Assembly: GCA_028289455.1 (NCBI GenBank)
Contig: JANQPN010000074.1
Span: 2,147-66,146 of the forward strand
Length of the DNA stretch: 64,000 bases
From: Wenzhouxiangellaceae bacterium
GTDB lineage: Bacteria; Pseudomonadota; Gammaproteobacteria; Xanthomonadales; Wenzhouxiangellaceae
Reading direction: 5' to 3'
The stretch's first letter is position 1; the number at the start of each line of letters is the position of its first letter. Below are positions 26,034 to 35,408 of the stretch, piece after piece. Below the pieces are notes generated by a model. It did not search any database, was not told the origin of the DNA, and worked only from the letters and a program-made list of their open reading frames with translations. A program made the translations under genes and the position numbers.

Positions 26034-27065
26034 TTATGCCATGGCAAGTCTCATGTTAAACTCGTTAAACATGTCCTTACATTTTGCGTTTGGAGCAGAA
26101 TTGAATATGCTGCGACCAAGGTCTTTTCCATTCTTAGCAATCAACATCTCTCTTACATAATCAATATCATCAACTGGCATATCAAATGCACTGAATATTA
26201 TATCTCCAGACTGAATTATTTTTCTTTCTTTACTATATAGCAAATCCATATTTAATTTGTTAAAACCAAAACCAATAAAAACCACAAGTTTTGATTGCAT
26301 TATCTTTTTGCTAATCAACTCTGTGACACTTTTTTCATTTGTGCTTTCAGTAAATGTCTTTATGTTCTCAGATGCTGAAATTAACTTGTAATAAGAAGTA
26401 TTTCCTTGTCTTTCAAATATATTTTCACCATATTTCAGAAAATCACTTGCATTATTTTCCCAGGGTAGATTACTCAATTTTCCATATGGATGTATGATGT
26501 TTATTTTACTCATAACCTCAGATGCTTTTCCTTCACTTAAATCATAGAAGCTCTTAATAGCATTGAATAAATAATGCTCCAAACACCTATCATAATTAAA
26601 TATAATGAGCGTTAATAAATCCATTTTTTCTTCAAAATCATTGATATTTTCGCAACCTTCTTTAAGTTTAATAAAAAAGTTAGCATGCCAAGTTTTTCTT
26701 CCTGCATCAAGGATATCGCTATGCTTGTAAATAGAGTTAACCTCACCATTTAATATATGATAGGCAATCCCAAGCTTTGAGCATATCGCAATTTCTTTTA
26801 TTTCCTTATTTTCATTAATAAAATTATCAATAGAAGGGGAATTTAAAGCATGCCTTTCTATCATTTTATATGCTTTAGCATAACCGCCTTGGTTTTCCCA
26901 AAACCCAGGAATCATTCTAAGGCAGCTTTTCAAAAAAACAGCACCTGAAGACCCACTATGAGAAAAATCTGTAAAGGTATTATTGATCTTATTCTGAAGC
27001 TGGTAACCTGTTGGCAGGCCAATATCAGCGCTTGCTCCTGCTCCAATAATAAATATATAGCTCAT
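26034..27065 (-). CDS. Standalone SIR2-like (SIR2_2-type) protein, candidate NAD-consuming defence effector
   Basis: 343 aa. Motifs: IFIIGAGASADIGLPTG near the N-terminus, IIFNYDRCLEHYL, IIHPYGKL and VVFIGFGFN. The gene is strongly AT-rich. Hand counts gave 23/60 and 12/60 G+C on two lines, against 35/60 in the polymerase gene. Confidence 0.7.
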   Translation of the reverse strand: MSYIFIIGAGASADIGLPTGYQLQNKINNTFTDFSHSGSSGAVFLKSCLRMIPGFWENQGGYAKAYKMIERHALNSPSIDNFINENKEIKEIAICSKLGIAYHILNGEVNSIYKHSDILDAGRKTWHANFFIKLKEGCENINDFEEKMDLLTLIIFNYDRCLEHYLFNAIKSFYDLSEGKASEVMSKINIIHPYGKLSNLPWENNASDFLKYGENIFERQGNTSYYKLISASENIKTFTESTNEKSVTELISKKIMQSKLVVFIGFGFNKLNMDLLYSKERKIIQSGDIIFSAFDMPVDDIDYVREMLIAKNGKDLGRSIFNSAPNAKCKDMFNEFNMRLAMA

Positions 27066-27203
27066 AGTCTATCCGATACACATGAATTAATTACGCATAA
27101 TTTTCAATATAAAATAGTCTTTGGCTAATCCGATGGAATTCAAATAGACAATAGAGCTCGAACAAAAGCCAATTTAACAGCAAGCGCAAGCGGTGATCTT
27201 TTT

Positions 27204-27905
27204 TTAAAACTGCCGAGGCATTTTAACACTACCTAGTGTAAGCCACAGCGCAAGTGATAACTCCGCAACCAAGCAGGGCATAAGAACATATGGGAACAGT
27301 AAATCTGCCAGCTCCGGCAATACAAACAGCGAAAAACTATTCAGCAAATAGCAAAAACCCGCCACCGACATCAAAAAGCCCAGAAACCTGGGCAGAAAGC
27401 CGGATCTTATAATCAGATTACCGATCAACAGACAGAAGAAGCCGAAAAACACCAGGCTTATCCCAAAGCCCACTGAAAACAGCTCAACAAACGCATACGC
27501 CACCGGATACAAATGTTCTGTGTTTCCCTCAGACACCAACAGCCGTACCGGTGCGAAATGATTCAGCAGGTTTGCCGCTTCAATGGCAATAGCAACCATG
27601 TTAAACATCAAGGCCAGGGCGGCCACGTTTCTGCTTACAGGTTTGAACAAACGGTAAAAGATAAACGCCAGCGGTACAGCGCACGCCACATAGAACAGAT
27701 GCACTGCAAAGCCCAGCCGGTAAAGCGTTTCATTGGCCAGGATATTCTGCATCGTGGCCGTGGCGTCACCATCAACCATCAGCTGCTGACGGACAAACAC
27801 TTCCGCGAAAATGCCGCCGAAAATAATGATCAGGTACAGAACGCCTGCAGTTCTGGCTGCTTGTTGTGGCCAAAAGCCTGTTTCTGCCTGCGTACTCATA
27901 TCCAT
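27204..27905 (-). CDS. DUF4386-family integral membrane protein
   Basis: 233 aa and multi-pass. It carries AARTAGVLYLIIIFGGIFAEVFVRQQLMVDGDATATMQNI, which is typical of the family. Confidence 0.65.
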   Translation of the reverse strand: MDMSTQAETGFWPQQAARTAGVLYLIIIFGGIFAEVFVRQQLMVDGDATATMQNILANETLYRLGFAVHLFYVACAVPLAFIFYRLFKPVSRNVAALALMFNMVAIAIEAANLLNHFAPVRLLVSEGNTEHLYPVAYAFVELFSVGFGISLVFFGFFCLLIGNLIIRSGFLPRFLGFLMSVAGFCYLLNSFSLFVLPELADLLFPYVLMPCLVAELSLALWLTLGSVKMPRQF

Positions 27906-27988
27906 CCTCCTAATAGGTTTTGATTGTATTGCGGGGCAGGGCGCTTATGCGAGCTCTATTACTATAGCTGCGTAAACAACTGACGCCA

Positions 27989-29008
27989 CTATTCGCAGAA
28001 AACAGCAGAGGCAAGCTCGGCGGAAATACCCTGGCCCGCCCAAATCCAGCCCCAGTCTGTCTCTACGCGGTTAGAAAAAATTGCAAAAGAACGATCATTA
28101 TCGATATCAAGAACCGTCAGCACTTTTACGCCTTCTATATCACCACGCCTTTCTACCAGGCGAATCGGTTTCTCGCAGCCGGCAGGGCTTGCCTGGTAAC
28201 CCCAGGCGCCTAGAGCGACATAGCCGATTCCCGGGTCACCATCGGTAAACATTTTAAGGGTTGTTGGTTCTTGCAGCAGTTGGCCGGACATTAGCCTGTG
28301 ATTCAATGCTGTCAGGTCAGCAGGGGAGCCAACGATTGCACCACCAGCACCAAAAACCGCTAACTGAAAACCACGATCAATCTTTTTGCCATCAGCATAA
28401 CCGGTGATTTCAGCATCATCATCCGATTGAGTAACGACACGAACTGATGACAGCCCAAGATCCTGCTGTAAACGCTTTTCGATAAGCGCTTCATAACGCA
28501 ATCCAGTGATGGCAAACAGAACGTCTGCAAGAACTACAAAGTCACAGTTGTTATATTCGAAACGCTCTCCAGGCAAGGCTGCAGGCGTACCATCACAATA
28601 GGGGCGGGTTGGGTGCCCGGCTTTGTACCAGGCAAGGTTTTCATCACTGTCAGGGTTGATCAATCCACTGGTATGATTCAGAAGCTGCCTGACGCTGATG
28701 GCACCAAAGTGCTCAGGTACGTCATCAAGGTAGTCCGTCAGCATTGCGTCCAAGTTGATTCGTCCTGCTTCAACTTGCTCCAGAATCAATAAAGCAGTAA
28801 TCATCTTTGTAACAGATGCCCAGCGCCATTCTGAGCCAATCATATGCGGCGCGTTACTGTCTGGTGAAATTGAGCCAAATGCTTTCTGATAGGTTATCCG
28901 GTCACCGGCCTGAACAACCAGTTCACCAGCGAATATCCCATCAGCAATGGGTTCATGCAGAATCTGTTGGTATTCATCTTTTGAATCAGCGATACCAACA
29001 ACAGGCAT
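27989..29008 (-). CDS. Serine hydrolase, beta-lactamase/PBP4* family (N-terminus probably extends to 29083 via a non-ATG start)
   Basis: It has the SxxK motif (ASVTKMIT). The in-frame upstream sequence IIIASTPKRLLKRSLFTLAILTLAS looks like the missing signal peptide. Confidence 0.8.
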   Translation of the reverse strand: MPVVGIADSKDEYQQILHEPIADGIFAGELVVQAGDRITYQKAFGSISPDSNAPHMIGSEWRWASVTKMITALLILEQVEAGRINLDAMLTDYLDDVPEHFGAISVRQLLNHTSGLINPDSDENLAWYKAGHPTRPYCDGTPAALPGERFEYNNCDFVVLADVLFAITGLRYEALIEKRLQQDLGLSSVRVVTQSDDDAEITGYADGKKIDRGFQLAVFGAGGAIVGSPADLTALNHRLMSGQLLQEPTTLKMFTDGDPGIGYVALGAWGYQASPAGCEKPIRLVERRGDIEGVKVLTVLDIDNDRSFAIFSNRVETDWGWIWAGQGISAELASAVFCE

Positions 29009-29283
29009 GCTTGCGAGTGTGAGTATTGCGAGTGTGAATAGCGATCGTTTGAGTAATCGTTTAGGTGTGGAAGCGATGATAATGTTTCTCCGTATCTGAC
29101 TCTAAACCCAGCTTATAGATACTTAGCTCATTGCCAGCTATTTCGCATAAAACGGTTTTGTCGATTCAATCAACAATAGGAAGATAGCTTAATAATATAT
29201 AACTTTTAACATAATATACATTATACGCAATTATATATTATCCTAAGAAGGCCCTCAGCTTGCATAAAACAACAGTTTTCGGC

Positions 29284-29697
29284 CTATTCCCCGTATTCCT
29301 TCAAGTACAGGACCAGTGCACTCACTTGGTTATCATCCAGAATATCAGCGAACACCGGCATAAACCCGCTGACGCATGGCTGTCCATTGCAATTGCTGGA
29401 AATACTTTCTTCAGGATCCAGAATTGCAGTTTTCAGCTGCTCATCTGATAAGCGGTCGGCTATGTTGGTTAAATCCGGCCCTAGTGAAGAGTTGGAAACA
29501 TTATGAAATGTATGGCAGCCGGTACAGCCACGCGTACTGAACAACAAACCGCCCAGTTCAGCACCTTGTTTGGAATCTGCGCCGGCAATAAACTCACGGG
29601 CATCCGGAACCAATGTAAATTCGAACTTCACATATATAAAGAATAAAACGATTATAATTCCGATACTTACAAGGAATATTTTAAGTCTTTTATTCAT
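29284..29697 (-). CDS. Membrane-anchored c-type cytochrome
   Basis: 137 aa with an N-terminal TM helix, a CTGCH haem-binding motif and a downstream Met-containing segment. Confidence 0.8.
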   Translation of the reverse strand: MNKRLKIFLVSIGIIIVLFFIYVKFEFTLVPDAREFIAGADSKQGAELGGLLFSTRGCTGCHTFHNVSNSSLGPDLTNIADRLSDEQLKTAILDPEESISSNCNGQPCVSGFMPVFADILDDNQVSALVLYLKEYGE

Positions 29698-29730
29698 AAG
29701 ATTACCGTGGCCTTAGGCCATGTGATTTGA

Positions 29731-30582
29731 TTAAGTAATACGCGGCAGCCACATCCCCATAGTTGCACCGAATATCCCTACGCCCATAATCAGAGTCAAC
29801 ACCACCACGATGCCTGACATGGCAAACCGTGCGGCGGTGCTGGTGCTTTTCTGAGTACGAAAATACAGTTCAAGAACGGCCAGCGGCACCAGATACTGCC
29901 CGAATGACAGAAACACCAGAAACGGACCGGTAAACGTTTCCATATCAAAACCAGCCGGCCCATTGTTCAGAATGATCCATGCCATCAATCCGATTCGGAA
30001 AAACCAGACTGCATTAACCAGCATGAACAAGCGCATTGCCCATTGCCTGTGCACAGCAATGTTTCTGCGCATGGCATGGCGAACAGCAATAACACCGAAA
30101 ATAATGATCAGAACGCCACCCAGACTGGTGCCTAGATGCTGTATAGGCGCACCTACACTGCCTCTTGTCATAATCATGTACAAGCCAAACAGACTTATGG
30201 CGAATGCTCCGAATACGAAAATGCGCCCATTCCAGCGGTGAAATGTAGGAAACCGGGTGCGTAATTGCGGAATCAACTGAAGTGGTCCGCCGAAGACCAC
30301 AATGATGGCCAGAAAAACATGCATGGCCATGGAGAAGTTGCCCAAGCTATCGCCCGGAATAATCCCCTGCGGCCCACCTGCACTCCAGGCAGCCCAATCG
30401 CCCTGCAGCGCAGTTCCACCATAGTGAACCGCTACGTAATAGACAAAGATCCATTGGCCGATCACGGCCGCCAGAAACCAGAATGCTGCAGACAGTTTCA
30501 GGCTTTTATCGGCAATTCGGTAATATTTCCTATCCGCTGGTGACCACGGTTTATTCAATAAGGTGTCTTCGACAGACGCCAT
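29731..30582 (-). CDS. DUF2306-family membrane protein
   Basis: 283 aa and multi-pass. It carries GGPLQLIPQLRTRFPTFHRWNGRIFV, which is typical of the family. Confidence 0.6.
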   Translation of the reverse strand: MASVEDTLLNKPWSPADRKYYRIADKSLKLSAAFWFLAAVIGQWIFVYYVAVHYGGTALQGDWAAWSAGGPQGIIPGDSLGNFSMAMHVFLAIIVVFGGPLQLIPQLRTRFPTFHRWNGRIFVFGAFAISLFGLYMIMTRGSVGAPIQHLGTSLGGVLIIIFGVIAVRHAMRRNIAVHRQWAMRLFMLVNAVWFFRIGLMAWIILNNGPAGFDMETFTGPFLVFLSFGQYLVPLAVLELYFRTQKSTSTAARFAMSGIVVVLTLIMGVGIFGATMGMWLPRIT

Positions 30583-30942
30583 GATTATTCCTTCTCTGAC
30601 TCAGTTTTTATTGTAGTAGTGGCTAAATTCCCATACTTAGCCAGTCTAGTCATGGGGCATTAGTCATATTCGGAATATTTGAAGTATTTGCCGGTTATTC
30701 AGCGCCCTGCCCTGGTCAGCCAGGCAAGCGTAGAGCGTGTAAGCCACTCTAGTTAAAGATAATCAGTACAATCGATAACCAATTGCCTTATCGTCATGCC
30801 AATAAATTGACTCTCAGGCACTGGAAAAAAGCAAATCTACACATATCTACGTACATAGACATTTTTACTGGTATCGCTGTCGATTCTGATCAAATATAAA
30901 CGTCATATACATAAACACCAAGAGACAGGAGGTTGTGTTGAT

Positions 30943-30980
30943 GCTCTATGTATGTTCTATATTTTGTTCTATTTATGTTC
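30943..30980 (+). promoter_or_regulatory. Operator array 3: GCTC-N7-GTTC-N8-GTTC-N7-GTTC
   Basis: Cores start at 30943, 30954, 30966 and 30977. TATAAT follows immediately at 30981-30986. The array ends 106 nt upstream of the efflux adaptor ATG. Confidence 0.65.
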
Positions 30981-31086
30981 TATAATGAATCACGATACCG
31001 ATTAACTGAAGTGATGCTTTTCTGTATTACGCGAATTCAGTTTCAACATAACAACAAGGCGGCAGTTTTTGTCAGATAACATCATT

Positions 31087-32211
31087 ATGAAAAAAGCAGT
31101 CATTTTCAGCATACTCGGAGTCATCATACTCATTGCAGCATTGGTCGGCGTCAAAGGCCTGCAGATCAATACCATGATTCAGGCCGCAGAAAATTTTGCG
31201 CCACCACCATCACCTGTAACTGCAGTCGAAGTATCCGCTCAGTCATGGTCATCAGAACTGCACACGGTAGGTGCTTTTGCTGCCGTGGAAGGAGTAACTG
31301 TGTCCGCAGACTTGTCCGGCAGAGTGGCCGAAATCAGTTTTGAATCAGGCGCTTACGTCGAGGCTGGTGAAGTTCTGCTACAGCAGGATGTATCCACTGA
31401 GCAGGCACAACTGCGAGAAGCGGAAGCCTCTGTGGAGCTGGCTCGCCTGGAGTTGGATCGCAGCCGCCGCCTGCTGAACACCAATGCCGGGTCACAGGCC
31501 ACCTTTGACAGCAATAATGCGACCTTGCAGCAGGCCATCGCCCGTGCCGACAGCATCCGTGCAACCATTCGCAGAAAGACCATCCAGGCGCCCTTTTCCG
31601 GCCGCCTGGGTATACGTCAGGTGAATCTGGGGCAGAACCTCAGTGAAGGCCAGGCGATAGTATCTTTGCAGAACCTGGATCCCATCTATATCAATTTCGT
31701 GTTGCCACAAAGACATTTCGCTGAACTGCAGATTGGTATGCAGGTACGCGTGCTAACCGACGCAGTAAGCGACGGCAATGGTGCACAGCCACTGTATGGT
31801 GAAATCACCACCATCAACCCGGAAGTTGACGCCAGTACCCGTAACCTGGCGGTGCAGGCCACCCTGCCCAACCCCGACGGCAATGTGCTGCCGGGCATGT
31901 CCGCCAGTGTATCGGTGATTCTGCCAGATCCGGAAACCGTACTGGCCATCCCGGTGACTGCCGTGCTGAACGCTTCCTACGGGGATTCTGTATTTATCAT
32001 TGAAGATAATAACGGTGCACAGACCCTGCGCCAGCAGTTCGTCCGCCTGGGGCGTGCTGTCGGTGATTATGTTGCAATCGATTCGGGCCTGGAATCGGGA
32101 CAGCAGGTGGTGACAACCGGTGTTTTCAAGCTGTTCAACGGCCAGCCGGTGGTGATTGACAACAATCTGCAGCCGGATTTCCAGCTACAGCCTGAACCCG
32201 AAAACCGTTGA
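31087..32211 (+). CDS. RND efflux periplasmic adaptor (membrane fusion protein)
   Basis: The start is taken at MKKAVIFSILGVIILIAALVG. It has a coiled-coil hairpin region and a HlyD-like layout, and it lies directly upstream of the RND pump. Confidence 0.85.
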   Translation: MKKAVIFSILGVIILIAALVGVKGLQINTMIQAAENFAPPPSPVTAVEVSAQSWSSELHTVGAFAAVEGVTVSADLSGRVAEISFESGAYVEAGEVLLQQDVSTEQAQLREAEASVELARLELDRSRRLLNTNAGSQATFDSNNATLQQAIARADSIRATIRRKTIQAPFSGRLGIRQVNLGQNLSEGQAIVSLQNLDPIYINFVLPQRHFAELQIGMQVRVLTDAVSDGNGAQPLYGEITTINPEVDASTRNLAVQATLPNPDGNVLPGMSASVSVILPDPETVLAIPVTAVLNASYGDSVFIIEDNNGAQTLRQQFVRLGRAVGDYVAIDSGLESGQQVVTTGVFKLFNGQPVVIDNNLQPDFQLQPEPENR

Positions 32212-32221
32212 GGCTGTGACC

Positions 32222-35200
32222 ATGAAATTCACCGACATCTTTATCCAGCGCCCGGTACTGGCCATCGTTGTCAGTCTGTTGATTATTGTTGCCGGACTGC
32301 AGGCGGTTAATTCACTGAATGTGCGCCAGTACCCACGCAATGAAAATTCTGTGGTTACCATCAGTACGGTATATGTCGGCGCCAGTGCAGAACTGGTGCG
32401 CGGATTTGTTACGGTGCCGCTAGAGCGCGTAATAGCTGAAGCCGACGGTATTGATTACATCGAGTCGCAAAGCAGCCAGGGGCTGTCTACTATCAGTGCC
32501 CGCCTGAAGCTGAATCATGACCCTATTTCGGCACTGGCGGAAATCAGCTCCAAGGTGGACCAGGTGCGTAACGACCTGCCGCCGGAGGCAGAAGTACCCA
32601 CCATTGACGTGGTATCGGCCGACAGTGAATTTGCCTCTGCCTATTTGAGTTTCAGCTCGGATATCCTGCAGCAGAACGAAATCACCGAATACCTGGTGCG
32701 CGCGGTTGAACCCCGCCTGGCAGCCATTGAGGGTGTCCAACGGGCGGAAATACTGGGTGGCCGTACCTTTGCGATGCGTATCTGGCTTAAGCCGGAACGC
32801 ATGGCATCGTTGAATGTTACCCCGGTTCAGGTGCGTCAGGCCCTGGCAGCCAATAACTTCCTGTCTGCCCCGGGCAGCACCAAAGGATCTTTGATCGAGC
32901 TGCGCCTGACTGCCGATACCGATCTGCAGAATGTCAACGAATTCAAACGCCTGATCATACGCCAGGAAACCAATGGCGTGGTGCGACTGGAAGACATCGC
33001 CGATGTGGTACTGGGTGCTGAGGATTATGAAACCGAGGTGCGTCTGAGCGGCGTTACCGCCGTGTTTATGGGCATCTTTGTACTGCCCAACGCCAATTCC
33101 CTGGACGTCATCGGCAGAGTGCGTGCAGAGCTGGGTAAAATCAGTGAAGAACTGCCCAGTGGAATGGAAACCAGCATCGGCTACGATGCCACCGAATATA
33201 TCGACGCATCAATCCGCGATGTGGTGAAAACGTTGAGCGAAACGCTGCTGATTGTGATCATCGTTATTTTCCTTTTCCTGGGTTCTTTACGATCCGCGTT
33301 GATACCGGTCATTGCCATTCCTTTATCGCTGATCGGCGCAGTGTTTTTAATGCAGGTTTTCGGCTTCACCATTAATCTGCTGACCCTGCTGGCAGTGGTG
33401 CTGTCTGTGGGACTGGTGGTCGATGATGCGATTGTGGTGGTAGAAAATGTAGAACGTCACCTCAGCGAAAACAAACCGCGAATGCAGGCCGCACTGATCG
33501 GCGCGCGGGAGCTGGTCAATCCAATTATCGCCATGACCATTACCCTGGCAGCGGTATACCTGCCAATCGGTCTTCAGGGCGGCTTGACCGGCTCATTGTT
33601 CAGGGAGTTTGCCTTTACCCTGGCGGGTGCGGTTGCCATTTCCGGCATTGTGGCGCTGACCTTGTCGCCAATGATGGCATCCAAACTGATGAAGCGCGGC
33701 ATGACCGATCGCGGGCTTGCGGCGATTTCCGCCGGCGCATTTGAGCGGTTCAAAGCATTTTATACACGGCTGCTGGATGCCAGCCTGAAGGTTCGCCCGG
33801 CGATTTATCTGATCTGGCTGGTTATCAGTCTGCTGACCATCCCGATGTTCATGATGTCCGCCAAAGAGCTGGCCCCGGTTGAGGATCAGGGAGTGATTTT
33901 CGGTATCGTTGAAGCGCCTGCCAATGCCACTTTGGAATACACCAGCCGCTACACCAGAGCTGCCAATGAGATTTTCCTGGATTATCCGGAAAGTGATTTC
34001 ACATTTGAACTGACCAGCCCGACTTTTGGTTTCAGTGGTGTAGTACTAAAACCCTGGGATCAACGTTCACGGACGGTTTTTGACCTGCAGCCGGAGATTC
34101 AGCAACGCTTGTCCGGATTAACCGGCATCAATCTGTTCCCGATAACACCGCCTGCCCTGCCCGGCGGCGGGCAGTTTCCGGTCGAATTTGTCATAGCATC
34201 CACTGCTGATACTGAACAGCTGGTAGCACTTGCCCAGCAATTGCAGCAGAACGCTGCTATGAGCGGCATGTTTGCCTTTCCACCAACCATTGACGTCAAA
34301 ATCGACCAGCCGCAGGCCAAAATACACGTGAACCGCAGCCGCGTTGGCGATCTGGAATTGACCCTGGAACAGGTTGGCTCAGATATCGGCGCAATGGTAG
34401 GTGGCAACTTCGTCAACCGGTTCAGTATTGACGGCCGGAGTTATAAAGTAATTCCGCAGATTCAGCGCAGTGAACGGCTGACCGCGGAACAACTGGAAAA
34501 TATCTATGTTACTGGTCCAACGGGTGAGCTGGTGCAATTGAGTGGTCTGGTGGATATTGAATACGCTACCGTACCCCGCTCCATTAATCGCTTTCAGCAA
34601 CTCAACTCAGTAAAGCTTAGTGGTGTGGCCATCCGCCCGCTGGACCAGGCTTTAAGCTACCTGGAAGATGAGGCTGCCAAAATCCTACCGGACGGCTATG
34701 TAATTGATTACACTGGCGAATCGCGACAGTTGCGTACTGAAGGCAATAAATTCCTGCCAACCTTTATTCTCGCCATCACCTTAATCTTTTTGATTCTGGC
34801 GGCACAGTTCAACAGTTTCCGGGACCCGCTGGTTATTCTGGCCGGTTCTGTACCGCTGGCCATGTTCGGTGCTCTGGTGTTTACCTTCCTGAAGATGCCT
34901 GATCCCAATCAGAACTTCTGGACCGATGGCTGGACCACCACATTGAATATTTATTCACAGGTTGGCCTGGTTACTTTGGTCGGCCTGATCGCGAAAAACG
35001 GCATTCTAATAGTTGAGTTCGCCAATCAATTGCAGCGCCAGGGATTAAGTAAACTGGAAGCGGTCCGCGAGGCTTCCATCACACGCCTGCGGCCGATCAT
35101 GATGACAACAGTCGCCACCATTGCAGGTCATTTCCCGCTTGTACTGGTAACCGGGGCCGGTGCTGCTGCACGAAACTCCATTGGCCTGGTACTGGTTGGC

Positions 35201-35317
35201 GGAATGTTTATCGGCACATTGTTTACGCTGTTTGTTGTTCCGGCAATTTATATGCTGATCGCACGGCAGCATGATCAGGAAGAACCTTTGCATGAGTTAC
35301 AGCCTCAACCTGCGTAA
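32222..35317 (+). CDS. RND family efflux permease (AcrB/Mdt-like)
   Basis: The start is taken at MKFTDIFIQRPVLAIVVSLLIIV. It is about 1031 aa with a 12-TM layout, and carries VVDDAIVVVENVERH. Confidence 0.9.
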   Translation: MKFTDIFIQRPVLAIVVSLLIIVAGLQAVNSLNVRQYPRNENSVVTISTVYVGASAELVRGFVTVPLERVIAEADGIDYIESQSSQGLSTISARLKLNHDPISALAEISSKVDQVRNDLPPEAEVPTIDVVSADSEFASAYLSFSSDILQQNEITEYLVRAVEPRLAAIEGVQRAEILGGRTFAMRIWLKPERMASLNVTPVQVRQALAANNFLSAPGSTKGSLIELRLTADTDLQNVNEFKRLIIRQETNGVVRLEDIADVVLGAEDYETEVRLSGVTAVFMGIFVLPNANSLDVIGRVRAELGKISEELPSGMETSIGYDATEYIDASIRDVVKTLSETLLIVIIVIFLFLGSLRSALIPVIAIPLSLIGAVFLMQVFGFTINLLTLLAVVLSVGLVVDDAIVVVENVERHLSENKPRMQAALIGARELVNPIIAMTITLAAVYLPIGLQGGLTGSLFREFAFTLAGAVAISGIVALTLSPMMASKLMKRGMTDRGLAAISAGAFERFKAFYTRLLDASLKVRPAIYLIWLVISLLTIPMFMMSAKELAPVEDQGVIFGIVEAPANATLEYTSRYTRAANEIFLDYPESDFTFELTSPTFGFSGVVLKPWDQRSRTVFDLQPEIQQRLSGLTGINLFPITPPALPGGGQFPVEFVIASTADTEQLVALAQQLQQNAAMSGMFAFPPTIDVKIDQPQAKIHVNRSRVGDLELTLEQVGSDIGAMVGGNFVNRFSIDGRSYKVIPQIQRSERLTAEQLENIYVTGPTGELVQLSGLVDIEYATVPRSINRFQQLNSVKLSGVAIRPLDQALSYLEDEAAKILPDGYVIDYTGESRQLRTEGNKFLPTFILAITLIFLILAAQFNSFRDPLVILAGSVPLAMFGALVFTFLKMPDPNQNFWTDGWTTTLNIYSQVGLVTLVGLIAKNGILIVEFANQLQRQGLSKLEAVREASITRLRPIMMTTVATIAGHFPLVLVTGAGAAARNSIGLVLVGGMFIGTLFTLFVVPAIYMLIARQHDQEEPLHELQPQPA

Positions 35318-35408
35318 ACGTTAAACTGCCGGTCTCTTCAGGAGCCGGCATTACGAAATAATGATGCAGGTTTGCTACAGTAACGGTGGTTGACCGTCAG
35401 GAAGGGGT

